NCBI GenBank assembly: GCA_014729085.1
Contig: WJKM01000017.1
Span: 1-60,978, forward strand
Source: Candidatus Dojkabacteria bacterium
GTDB lineage: Bacteria; Patescibacteriota; Dojkabacteria; B142; WJKM01
DNA: 60,978 nucleotides
Reading direction: 5' to 3'
Shown here: piece by piece, positions 7,364 through 16,933 of the stretch
Layout: every line of letters begins with the position of its first letter
Position numbering within the stretch: position 1 is the stretch's first letter
The notes under the pieces: model-generated
The model's database searches: none
What the model saw: the letters and a program-made list of their open reading frames with translations, nothing else
What the model was told of the DNA's origin: nothing
Made by a program: the position numbers and the translations under genes

Positions 7364-9138
7364 AAACCAAAGAAAAGAAAAAACAATTTTTAAAGAACAC
7401 GCTATTTTTTATTTTGCTTATTTTTTCATATGCAATAATAGGCATAATTTTTACCTATCCCCTTATTAAAGTATTTAATACGCATGTTCCAAACAATTAT
7501 TTTCAGGAAGCAGAACACACTAACGACTGGGGAGACCATGTGCAAGTTATAGGTGGGTTTCTGGAACATAAGAAAACAATTATAAATTTTTTTACAAATA
7601 AACCAATATATGAGAAAGAATTCTGCTTTAGCGAAATTGAATACTGCCAAGTTGGAAAAGGTACAGATATATCGACTGGATGGATTCTTAAGAAAATTAT
7701 TTTTTCAGCATATTGGGGTCAAACTGCTCTAAACTTTGTTTTTGATCCAATAGTAACTAACAATCTTTGGATTATTCTAAGTTTTGTATTAAGCGGTGTA
7801 ACTGCTTTTTTATTTGCAAGATTGTTTACTAAATCCAATACAATTGCCTTTATTGCTTCACTTTTCCCTGTCATTGGACCTGGAAGAATACATCATCTGC
7901 TTGTGGGACATAGAAATGGTTGGCTTCTTTATCTTTTTATTATTATTCTATTTTTGGTGGAAACAGAAGTAAGGAAAAAATTAAAAGGCGGTTTGAGATA
8001 CACCATCTGGCTATTCATTTCCGGTATTATGGTATATTTCAGCTTTGTTGAACCTTTTTATCTTATGTATGGTTTAATTTTTCTATTTTCTAGAATAGCC
8101 TGGAACGATCTCTTCGAAAAGAAAATATTCATAAATTTAAAATCGAAAATTCTTCCTACGATAACAAGATATCTATGGTTAGTATTCACCCTTGCCTCAG
8201 CATGGATGGCAACAAAATGGCATAGAGCCAGTAAACTTCAGGAATCGATTTTGGCTGAAGGTGGTAGAACCCTAGAAGAAATAACTAGATATTCTCCAGA
8301 ACTTAAACTCTTTTGGACGAGAAATATATACGATCATGAACTTAATATTTATATAGGAATTGGAATTGTCATTATAATCACTGCAGTATTTCTAGTCTGG
8401 TTTATGAAAAGTAGACAGAAACAAAGAATGAGTTATTACTTACTTTTTGGAATCTTATTATTAATACTTTCCCTTGGGATAAATACCCCTGTCTATGAAT
8501 TTCTATACAAAAATGTTCCTATGTTTAATCTATCTCGAACTCCTTCGAGAGCAATCATTCATTTTTTACCTATCCTGACAGCAATAACTGCAATTCTCTT
8601 TAACTATCTCAAGAGATTAACAATTAATAATAAAATCAAATCAAATCTGTTGCAATTTATTATATTCTTAGTGATTACTACTTCCATAATTATTTCTCTT
8701 TATAATTTCAAATCAATAAGCCTGGCAAGACTTCCAGATCTGGAAGTAGATTCAATTGAACCACAAGATAAAATACTATACCTGCCTATTACTCATGGAG
8801 GACACTTTTTTACAACCATCTATGAATACAATCTAGCCTATCTTGATGCTGTTGCAATAAATGGCGATCATCCATATGAACCTCTTGCTTTTCATAATTT
8901 TTATGCAGAATATGGTGTGCCCTTAAATGCCGGATGGGTCAACACACAAGAATTAAATAAGATAATTGAAGATTATCATATTACGAAAATAATAGTTTTC
9001 AAGGATTACTATAATAACCCCAAAATTGAGTTTGTACCTGAGGAAACAGAAATTAATGATGTAAAAACTATGCTTAATTCATCTAAAGCGAATATTATTG
9101 AAGAAGATGAAGATTTCATCATTTACTCAATTAAATAA
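7360..9138 (+). CDS. Polytopic membrane protein, possible GT-C-fold glycosyltransferase (function uncertain)
   Basis: 592 aa with about 12 or more hydrophobic helices and a C-terminal soluble domain. Translationally coupled to the methyltransferase by a 4-nt overlap. Confidence 0.7.
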   Translation: MKTKEKKKQFLKNTLFFILLIFSYAIIGIIFTYPLIKVFNTHVPNNYFQEAEHTNDWGDHVQVIGGFLEHKKTIINFFTNKPIYEKEFCFSEIEYCQVGKGTDISTGWILKKIIFSAYWGQTALNFVFDPIVTNNLWIILSFVLSGVTAFLFARLFTKSNTIAFIASLFPVIGPGRIHHLLVGHRNGWLLYLFIIILFLVETEVRKKLKGGLRYTIWLFISGIMVYFSFVEPFYLMYGLIFLFSRIAWNDLFEKKIFINLKSKILPTITRYLWLVFTLASAWMATKWHRASKLQESILAEGGRTLEEITRYSPELKLFWTRNIYDHELNIYIGIGIVIIITAVFLVWFMKSRQKQRMSYYLLFGILLLILSLGINTPVYEFLYKNVPMFNLSRTPSRAIIHFLPILTAITAILFNYLKRLTINNKIKSNLLQFIIFLVITTSIIISLYNFKSISLARLPDLEVDSIEPQDKILYLPITHGGHFFTTIYEYNLAYLDAVAINGDHPYEPLAFHNFYAEYGVPLNAGWVNTQELNKIIEDYHITKIIVFKDYYNNPKIEFVPEETEINDVKTMLNSSKANIIEEDEDFIIYSIK

Positions 9139-9151
9139 ACATTTAGAATTT

Positions 9152-9264
9152 AGCACATAATCCTCGCTACGCTCGGAATTATTTGCCTTCATCCAGTAAA
9201 ACAGGATTTCGGCAGCTTGTATGTAAAAATGTAAATTTTTAGAAAATTTCCAATTTCCGTAACA
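9152..9264. repeat. 113-bp repeat, copy 1 (about 97% identical to 27940-28052)
   Basis: Hand alignment shows 3 mismatches over about 113 bp. It lies between the convergent genes 7360-9138(+) and 9272-10195(-). Confidence 0.9.
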
Positions 9265-9271
9265 AATATTA

Positions 9272-10195
9272 CTATTCTGAGGTTTCTGATTCACTTTCCT
9301 CTATGAATTCTTCCATCTCTACATCTTCCGAATTTTCTAAGCTTCTATTAGAAATAGAGACTAAAATATCCGTTACATCTTCATTAACAAGTTTATTTAC
9401 TTTCTTGAAATTTTCGTAGATTTCTTTATTGCTGTATTTGGTCAAACCGTCTCGAGTATCAAAATATATTTCTCTTGCTTCATTGATAATATCTTCAAGC
9501 TGTTGTGATTCTTCTTCAGTTGCTTGAGGCCTAATTGCTAAGGAGTCTTCTTCGGCGTATCCAATATCCTTCATATTTTTTCTCAATAATTTTTGGAATA
9601 ATTCTCTGGCATATTGATCAAATTTATCGCTTTTAGTAATATTTTCTACTCCAAATTCAAAAAGATCGTTGACAAAAACATCGGTTGCAATAATTCCTTC
9701 CTGAATTACTTCCTTTGACTCTGCATTCTGCTCCTTTGCCTCTTTATATTGTGCTTTCAAAGTCCTAACAAAGGATTCTGCGTATAGCTGAGTTAAATCC
9801 AAATAAGTATCTGTCAAAATATCTTCGTCAACCCCCTCCTCATGCATTTGACCAAGATATCCCTTCATATTATCTAGATTTTCCTTATATTCTGTTATTA
9901 TTCTTTCAGTAGCATTCTTGTCGTATTTCACAACACGAAGTTCTTCCATCCTTTCCTGGGCAAGTTTGATCTCAAAATCTAGCTTTGATTGAGTACTATT
10001 TTTTAAATTGGCCTGTAAACTCTCGATACCCCTATCTGCAAAATAAAGCTTATTATTTGGTGTTGCATTATTACCAAGATAAAGAGCAAGTATTATTAAT
10101 AAAATAATTGTTCCTAAAATGTAATAAGGTATGTATTTCTTGTTTTTTTGTATTTTTGACATGATTTTTGGTTTTTTTCTATTTTTTTTAGCCAT
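9272..10195 (-). CDS. Hypothetical N-terminally membrane-anchored acidic helical protein
   Basis: One TM segment (YYILGTIILLIILALYL) followed by a helical E/K-rich region. No motif recognised. Confidence 0.7.
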   Translation of the reverse strand: MAKKNRKKPKIMSKIQKNKKYIPYYILGTIILLIILALYLGNNATPNNKLYFADRGIESLQANLKNSTQSKLDFEIKLAQERMEELRVVKYDKNATERIITEYKENLDNMKGYLGQMHEEGVDEDILTDTYLDLTQLYAESFVRTLKAQYKEAKEQNAESKEVIQEGIIATDVFVNDLFEFGVENITKSDKFDQYARELFQKLLRKNMKDIGYAEEDSLAIRPQATEEESQQLEDIINEAREIYFDTRDGLTKYSNKEIYENFKKVNKLVNEDVTDILVSISNRSLENSEDVEMEEFIEESESETSE

Positions 10196-10270
10196 TTTTT
10201 TTGGTATTAAATTACAGTCGTAATTATATCATTTTCTTACCTTTCTACAACTTTTTTTTATTTTCCACAA

Positions 10271-12088
10271 TTAAACGTTATCTTCAAAATATTTTCTGGA
10301 CAAATCAATCATCTTAGCCATTTCCGCTCTAGTTGCATCATTTGAGGGCTTAAAGTTTCCATCTGAATATCCTTTAATAATCCTTTCACCTTCATATTCA
10401 CTATTGGTTAAGAAAGCAATATACTGATAAAAAACACTGGTATCATCAACATCTGGAAAAGCTTCATGATACTGTGCCCAGTTAATTACCATTCCTCTTT
10501 TCTGCATAGTTAATGATATAAATTTTGTTATTTGGTCTCTCTTTACAGCAGCTTCGGCTCTATAAGTACCATCCGAATATCCTGAAACTATACCCATATT
10601 ACAAAGTATTAATATATTTTCGCGGTGAACATGATCAACAGGCAGATCAGCAAAACAATATTTTTCGATAGTGGTATTTAGATCAAATGCTCGAACAATG
10701 AAGCTTGCCATCTCTCCTCTAGAAACTGGATAATCCGGTCTGTATGTTCCGTCACTGTAACCTTTAACAATTCCGTCATTATATAAATTAATAATATATT
10801 CCCGTAAAGGATTGTACTCAATATCAGGGAAAACATCTTCATACCCCTCCCCTGCTCCCGCAAAAACGTCCTTTTGGTCTGTAACTGGTCCTTCACTATC
10901 AAGATAACTAACAACAACTGTATCTCCCTCCTGTACATAAAGATATCCATTATTATCAGCATTATGAGCCTGGTCATCTGTTGTTCTAAAAGCACCTTCA
11001 AATATTGCACTTCCATCTTCTGTCTCGATTAGGGAAAATGTTTCAATCTCACCTGTTGTCATATTTAAAGCCTCTCCTTCTACTTCATCCTCAATACCTC
11101 CATGAGTATTTGCATCATTATCGGTTAATTTAACATCTATTAAATCGACCTCATAAATAGCTGAATCTGTTATATCTATACTTGCTGTTGTTGTGTTTGT
11201 TTTAATATCAATATCTACAGTTTGAGGATCACTTTCCAAATCCCCATCATTTACTGTAATGCTAACATGTCTGTCTTCGATATCTGGAGCTGTACGTGTA
11301 TTATTATATGTCAATGTTCTAAGGACTTTCTGGTAATTTGCTATTGCATCAAGTTCAGAAAGAGTAAGCGTAAAAGTATTTGCATCATATTCCATTTCAA
11401 TATCAGTTCCTGTTACATCAATACTAATATATTCATCCAGTAAATCGGGATGATTATCAAGTGTTATTGTTGCACCTTCTAATTCTGTGTCATCTGAATC
11501 AGCAACTGTTAAATCGGGATCAATAATTACAGGAAAACTTCCTTGATAAAAATGCGTTTGTTCATCTCCATTTAGTTTAATTTCTGGTGCATCATTAACA
11601 GAAATGATATTAATATCTGTATCATCTGCATCGCTGTTCGAATCGTCATATACCGTAATCTCTATGGTCCGGTTGCGATCATCAGGTTCATCCTCCTTAT
11701 TATCGTAAGTTAAGGTTTCAATGACCTGCTGAAAATTTGCCGGCGTATCAGGTCCTGTTAAATATAGAATGCCTTCTTGATCATCAAAATCTTTAGTTAT
11801 ACTTGTTCCAGTTATTGTGGCATCTAATACTTCATCCTTTCCATCCATTCTATAATGAAGTTCGATTGTAGCAGAATTCAATGAGCCGTCCGTATCGGTA
11901 ATTGTAACTCCCGATGCTACTAGTACGGGTCCTCCATCTTCGGTGAAATTTGGTGTTATACCCGGAAGTGTTATTGTCGGAGCTGCCGCTGAAACCTTTG
12001 GTATTAATGGAGATACAATCAAAGCTATCATTGTGAAAATAAGAAGTTTTGAAAGATGTTTATGAATATTAGTAACCATTTTATGCAA
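10271..12088 (-). CDS. Secreted surface protein with cadherin-like repeats and three C-terminal SLH repeats
   Basis: Signal peptide. Repeated modules end in SVNDAPEI and contain LTYDN/LTYNN-type motifs. SLH repeats IVKGYSDGTYRPDYPVSRGEMASF, IVSGYSDGTYRAEAAVKRDQITKF and IIKGYSDGNFKPSNDATRAEMAKM. Confidence 0.9.
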   Translation of the reverse strand: MHKMVTNIHKHLSKLLIFTMIALIVSPLIPKVSAAAPTITLPGITPNFTEDGGPVLVASGVTITDTDGSLNSATIELHYRMDGKDEVLDATITGTSITKDFDDQEGILYLTGPDTPANFQQVIETLTYDNKEDEPDDRNRTIEITVYDDSNSDADDTDINIISVNDAPEIKLNGDEQTHFYQGSFPVIIDPDLTVADSDDTELEGATITLDNHPDLLDEYISIDVTGTDIEMEYDANTFTLTLSELDAIANYQKVLRTLTYNNTRTAPDIEDRHVSITVNDGDLESDPQTVDIDIKTNTTTASIDITDSAIYEVDLIDVKLTDNDANTHGGIEDEVEGEALNMTTGEIETFSLIETEDGSAIFEGAFRTTDDQAHNADNNGYLYVQEGDTVVVSYLDSEGPVTDQKDVFAGAGEGYEDVFPDIEYNPLREYIINLYNDGIVKGYSDGTYRPDYPVSRGEMASFIVRAFDLNTTIEKYCFADLPVDHVHRENILILCNMGIVSGYSDGTYRAEAAVKRDQITKFISLTMQKRGMVINWAQYHEAFPDVDDTSVFYQYIAFLTNSEYEGERIIKGYSDGNFKPSNDATRAEMAKMIDLSRKYFEDNV

Positions 12089-12244
12089 TATAAAAAATAA
12101 GAACCTTCATTATATTTAACGAAAAAAACATACGAAAATGTCGTAATAAATTGTAGCTTATTATGGATAGAAAATGAAGAAATATGCCTGATGTATAAAT
12201 TTCACAATTTGGTTAAAATACCAAATGAGATATAAGAAAAATTC

Positions 12245-12259
12245 GCTAGATTCCTGATC
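12245..12259 (+). repeat. Solo fragment of the array A unit (GCTAGATTCCTGATC)
   Basis: 15-nt identity to the A-unit left arm plus linker (for example 5988-6002). It lies in the spacer upstream of the third SLH gene, and the downstream text loosely resembles the array linker. Confidence 0.5.
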
Positions 12260-12368
12260 TCCACCAACAATACCATGATGTGATATGTTGGCGCTGCAAA
12301 CTCGATATGTCCCTTTCTACCCTCCTCTGTTTTCACATACACTCCCTTTGTCTACTTTCAAGGTGCTT

Positions 12369-13538
12369 TTAATTCTCAAGTACCTTGTACCATTTTTCCA
12401 TCACTACATCCCAAGCATAATGTTCTTTTACATATTTGTAACCATTTTTTCCCATCTGTTCAGATATATCTGGATTTTCTAAAAGGTAATTAACCACCTC
12501 ATCAAATTCAAGATGCGTTTCATACCAAAGTCCGCCATCACTTTTTAGACAATGATATTTCAAGACTTCGCAAAACGCATTTACTATTATCGGCCTCTTC
12601 ATGAAAAAGGCCTCCAAAACAATCAAAGATAAACTTTCATAAGGCGAAGGATTTACCAAGGCTGTGCATCCAGCAATCGCGGAATACTTCTCTTTTTCCG
12701 ATACATAACCAGTCTCAACTACGTCTTTATCTTTTGTCATTTCTTTAACTTTCCTACCAACTAGTACAAGCTTCAAGTCAGATGGGTAATTTTTTTTATA
12801 AAGTATAAAATCATTAATTAATATATCCACTCGTTTAGCAGGATCAATACGTCCCAAAAAAATCAAATAATTATCTACTCCGTATTTCTCCTTAAAGTCA
12901 GTAATGTCCCTAGCATTTACATTCATGGTATCTATTCCTACTCCTGCTACAACTGATTTTTTCTCTTTTATAAAATGTGTCTTTGTGGCCAAATTTTTCT
13001 CAATTTCACTGTTAAATACAATCATCTCTGGTTTTCTAAAGCTTTCTCTAAATACCGGATATCTAACTTGCGGTTCATCATGAGCAAGTGGAACGAAAAT
13101 AATTTTCTCAGCTGGTACGACTTTCATTGCAAAGTATGAAATAGTATATAGATACTGGAAAATTATTACTTTTTTATAATCATGATGATTTTTCTTCAAG
13201 AATTCGATCAATTCCGAGGAAACCGGTCCCTGGTCAATAATCCATTTCACATTTAAACTCAAATCATTTACATTAGACCTAAGCAAAGCTTCGGTATGGG
13301 AATGATCTTTAGCCCTTTCTCTATCATTTTGGAATCTCCGAATCAAGACATTATTTAACTCTTCAATATCTTTTTTATAGTGATTCCTCCATGTTGTATA
13401 ATCCTGCGCTTTTGTTGTTGCTACTTCTACTTTATATCTATCTGTCAATTTTTCCGCAATCTGTCTACAGTGCCATTCGGCTCCGCCATGAACATCTGCC
13501 CCGTATCTTTGTATAACAAATAAAATTTTATCTTTCAT
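12369..13538 (-). CDS. Glycosyltransferase family 4 (GT-B)
   Basis: N-terminal ILFVIQRYGADVHGGAEWH. C-terminal E-x7-E-like PSPYESLSLIVLEAFFMKRPIIV. Confidence 0.85.
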   Translation of the reverse strand: MKDKILFVIQRYGADVHGGAEWHCRQIAEKLTDRYKVEVATTKAQDYTTWRNHYKKDIEELNNVLIRRFQNDRERAKDHSHTEALLRSNVNDLSLNVKWIIDQGPVSSELIEFLKKNHHDYKKVIIFQYLYTISYFAMKVVPAEKIIFVPLAHDEPQVRYPVFRESFRKPEMIVFNSEIEKNLATKTHFIKEKKSVVAGVGIDTMNVNARDITDFKEKYGVDNYLIFLGRIDPAKRVDILINDFILYKKNYPSDLKLVLVGRKVKEMTKDKDVVETGYVSEKEKYSAIAGCTALVNPSPYESLSLIVLEAFFMKRPIIVNAFCEVLKYHCLKSDGGLWYETHLEFDEVVNYLLENPDISEQMGKNGYKYVKEHYAWDVVMEKWYKVLEN

Positions 13539-13547
13539 ATATCGTGT

Positions 13548-14759
13548 TTAATATTGTAATGGTATACCTCCTGCCCAGACGAGCATTAATCCCCCCTGAA
13601 TTAAAGCCAGTGAAATAGACAATATCATATCATTATTTCTTGATCTACCTATTAATGCAAAAATAAATGCGAATGGAAAAATAACTAATGTGTATCTAGG
13701 TATGGATTCTAAGCTACTGAATAATGGTATGAATAAAGTATAAATAGAGTATACAAAATATTCTAACTTAATTTTTTTAATAAATGACAGTAGAAGTATC
13801 ATAGAAATTATTGTATATCCTGCCAAAAAGTTATAAGTGAATGAACTACTGATAACCCCACTAAGTATTATAGACAAGGGATTTAAAATGTCCCGTCCCC
13901 ATGCTTCCTGAATAGCAAAATATTCGAAAAAATTTCCTGAATTTATATACAAAAATATGTAATACAATCCGAAACCGGCAGGAATAAGTAATGTATACAA
14001 ATGCTTAAACTCCAATTTAGAAAAATTATACTTAATCTTTTTTAATAAAATTATAAGTATTGGAACAAGTAACAAAAAACCGGTAACCTTTGTTAGAGAA
14101 CTAAAAAAACCACAAATTCCAGAAATTAACCACTTATCTTTTTTTGCATAATACAAACTCATTACTGTTAAGGCTAAAAATATTGATTCGGTAAAAACTC
14201 CGGAGAAAATAAAAGCCACTGGTAAAAGAAGTAAATATCTAGCCGTTTTCATTGCAATTTGCTTTTCATAGTCGAGCTTAATCAATTTGTATAAATAAAT
14301 CAACGAAACTAATAAAAAAATATTGGAGATAATAATTCCTGCAATAAATGGTCTATTACCAATTAGAAATCCAACAAATTTCATCAAATAGGGATATAGA
14401 GGGAAAAAAGCAAGATTGGTTTGCCCTAAAAAATTCTTTTGCATGGAATATCCTTGAAGCGCAATATTTACATACCAACCCGAATCTTTACAACCCCAAA
14501 TATCAAAAAAAATAAAACGCGAATACCTTAATGCATCTGGTGATTTAATTACAATACGTCCGATTACCCCGACCAGAGTTAATACTAATCTTGTGCTAAT
14601 AAAAGCAAAAAAAATCTGCTTGTAATCTAAAGGAATTGCATTAATCAAATCTCGTACATCTTTTATCCGACTTCGCAGAAACCCTTGGATATTAAACAGA
14701 GGATGATTGGCATTAGAATTTCGCATTGAAAACCAGTTCCTTTGCCCGCAGTATTTCAT
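13548..14759 (-). CDS. Polytopic membrane glycosyltransferase-like protein (PIG-V / GT-C-like)
   Basis: About 10 or more TM helices. The FFPLYPYLMK motif is typical of PIG-V-like mannosyltransferases. The start may be the internal Met at 14726. Confidence 0.65.
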   Translation of the reverse strand: MKYCGQRNWFSMRNSNANHPLFNIQGFLRSRIKDVRDLINAIPLDYKQIFFAFISTRLVLTLVGVIGRIVIKSPDALRYSRFIFFDIWGCKDSGWYVNIALQGYSMQKNFLGQTNLAFFPLYPYLMKFVGFLIGNRPFIAGIIISNIFLLVSLIYLYKLIKLDYEKQIAMKTARYLLLLPVAFIFSGVFTESIFLALTVMSLYYAKKDKWLISGICGFFSSLTKVTGFLLLVPILIILLKKIKYNFSKLEFKHLYTLLIPAGFGLYYIFLYINSGNFFEYFAIQEAWGRDILNPLSIILSGVISSSFTYNFLAGYTIISMILLLSFIKKIKLEYFVYSIYTLFIPLFSSLESIPRYTLVIFPFAFIFALIGRSRNNDMILSISLALIQGGLMLVWAGGIPLQY

Positions 14760-14845
14760 TTTTTCCTTTAAAAAAGCGATTATGGTGAAACTATTTAAAA
14801 GTTATTTTGGGAGTACTTTTACAGCTAAAGTTGCAAAGCTATAGA

Positions 14846-15937
14846 TTATTTTAAAAATTCATCTACAATATCTATTAATTTGTTTTTATGTTTTCTGACT
14901 TCAAATCTTCTACAATTCTTCCTTCCTAGATTCACAAGTTTTCTATTTAATTTCTTATCACTTAATACCTGATGTATTAATTCTGCAATTACTTCTGGTT
15001 TTTTGTTCTCATAGATCAATCCCGAACCGCCTAATGTAGATTTAACTGCACCTGCATCGTATGCAATAATGGGAAGACCGAAATAATTTGCTTCTAATGC
15101 AGGTACAAAGAAACCTTCGTGTTCGGATGCGGAAATAAATATATCGGAATTCAAATAAAAAGCTTTCCATTCTTCATCTTCCACAAGTCCAGGTACATGA
15201 ACAACGCTCTCAAGTTCCAATGCTTCAATCAGCTCTGTAATTTCCGATAGATAACTGTTCATCTCAACATAACTGCCCACAAGGCTGAGTCGAGACATTG
15301 AATTATAATATTTATAATAGATATAAAATGCCTTTATTAAATCCTTATGTGCCTTATTTGGAGCAAATCTACCTACAAATAAAAGATTTGTAATATGCTC
15401 GTTATCTAAAAACTGCTTAATTTTTCTATCTTCTCTTATTTCATCAAGTTTATCAGGATTAAAGAAAATTGGTAATACTTCTGTATTTTCATATCCCAAC
15501 TCTTCAAGCTCTTCTGCATTATATCCCGAAGATGCCATGCCTAAATCCACATGATCCTTGAGCTGAAGAAGTTGTTTTTTTCCCTGCATAAGAAGTTCAT
15601 AGACCCTTTGGTTATAAACCTCGAAATAATCGGCTGGAGTAATGTTGTGGTAATACAAAATTACCGGAATATTCAAAGTTTTTACAAGTTCTACCATTGG
15701 ATCCCCGATTGAATGATGATAAATTGCAACATCAAAGTCTCTATCTCGTAAGAATTTTGGTTCTCCAATTATACCTTTATATTTTTTAGGGAAATAATTT
15801 GAATAAATCTGAGGTTTATATCCATTTTCCCTAAAAACATCATTCATGAGCACAGCCTGATTAGACACAGCATCATGTTCTGCAAAGCTAGGAAGTAATT
15901 GAAGTATTTTTTTACGGTTTTTGAGCCACGAGAGCAT
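14846..15937 (-). CDS. Glycosyltransferase family 4
   Basis: ILQLLPSFAEHDAVSN N-terminus and EHEGFFVPALEANYFGLPIIAYDAGA motif. Confidence 0.85.
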   Translation of the reverse strand: MLSWLKNRKKILQLLPSFAEHDAVSNQAVLMNDVFRENGYKPQIYSNYFPKKYKGIIGEPKFLRDRDFDVAIYHHSIGDPMVELVKTLNIPVILYYHNITPADYFEVYNQRVYELLMQGKKQLLQLKDHVDLGMASSGYNAEELEELGYENTEVLPIFFNPDKLDEIREDRKIKQFLDNEHITNLLFVGRFAPNKAHKDLIKAFYIYYKYYNSMSRLSLVGSYVEMNSYLSEITELIEALELESVVHVPGLVEDEEWKAFYLNSDIFISASEHEGFFVPALEANYFGLPIIAYDAGAVKSTLGGSGLIYENKKPEVIAELIHQVLSDKKLNRKLVNLGRKNCRRFEVRKHKNKLIDIVDEFLK

Positions 15938-16847
15938 ATTTGCAAAGATTTGAATCTAATTTAATTTCCTCAATTTTTATAAATCCAAAGTATTCAAGTA
16001 GAAATTTAAGCATTTGTTTATGAATAAACTTGTTTATCTTGGGATCAAAATGCTTTTTGTAAGAATCAATATTTTCAGGATCAATAGTTTGAACAATGAA
16101 ATAAGAATCCTGCTTTAAAACTCTTTTTACTTCACGAATCAAGGTAACAATATAATTCAATGGTAGATATTCTAAAATATCAAGAGCTGTCACTGCATCA
16201 AACTCGTTAATATTATGATCAGTTAAACTATCCAAAATATCCTTGTTTGCAATTTCAAATTTATCAGTTTCTGCATATCCAATTAAATTTGAATCTGGTT
16301 CTATTCCGTAAACTTCTTTTACACTCTGCTCTTTTGCAAACTTTAAAAACTCACTTTTTCCAGATCCAATATCAATTATTCTTTTTTTATTTTCAATATA
16401 TTTTTTAAACAATGGAAATGTTTTAGCTATCTCTTCTTTAGAGGCTCGAAATCTCTCCTGGAATGACTTATATGGAAACTGCTCCAATGTTTTAATTCCC
16501 AATTTTTCTTTTAGTTTAACAACCTCCTGCAAAAGAGCTCTGTTGTATCTTTCTTGAGTATTAAAGACTGGTTCAAACATCTTAAATATTACATAATAGA
16601 GCTTAACGAAAAACATATTCGCAAATTTTGAAAATAGGCCTCCTCTTGTACTTCTTGGAATAGCTAATCTTTTCTCAAGAAAAGTTAGTGAATACAGATC
16701 GTAAACATTCGTATCAGCTTGTTTCTTTATTGACATTTTTTCAAGTCTTCGGATGTCTTTTATATATTCAGGATTCTTCATCTTTTCGGCAACCTTCTTT
16801 TCCACCTCTATCATTATTTGTTTTACGTCTATTTTATCTTGCGTCAT
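15912..16847 (-). CDS. SAM-dependent methyltransferase with a helical N-terminal region
   Basis: Motif I IIDIGSGKSEF. Overlaps the downstream GT4 gene by 26 nt. Sits next to wzt/wzm-type genes. Confidence 0.8.
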   Translation of the reverse strand: MTQDKIDVKQIMIEVEKKVAEKMKNPEYIKDIRRLEKMSIKKQADTNVYDLYSLTFLEKRLAIPRSTRGGLFSKFANMFFVKLYYVIFKMFEPVFNTQERYNRALLQEVVKLKEKLGIKTLEQFPYKSFQERFRASKEEIAKTFPLFKKYIENKKRIIDIGSGKSEFLKFAKEQSVKEVYGIEPDSNLIGYAETDKFEIANKDILDSLTDHNINEFDAVTALDILEYLPLNYIVTLIREVKRVLKQDSYFIVQTIDPENIDSYKKHFDPKINKFIHKQMLKFLLEYFGFIKIEEIKLDSNLCKYALVAQKP

Positions 16848-16933
16848 TAATATTTAAATAATTTAATTAAATTATTTCACTAAAATATTCTTATCATTCT
16901 ACTATATTAGTTTAAATTTTTATATCTTACTGT

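Noticed and set aside
12285-12482. The 65-aa plus-strand ORF spanning the spacer and the 3' end of the GT4 gene
   Set aside because: It overlaps the GT4 CDS antisense. The remainder covers the degenerate repeat fragment, and there is no support for coding.
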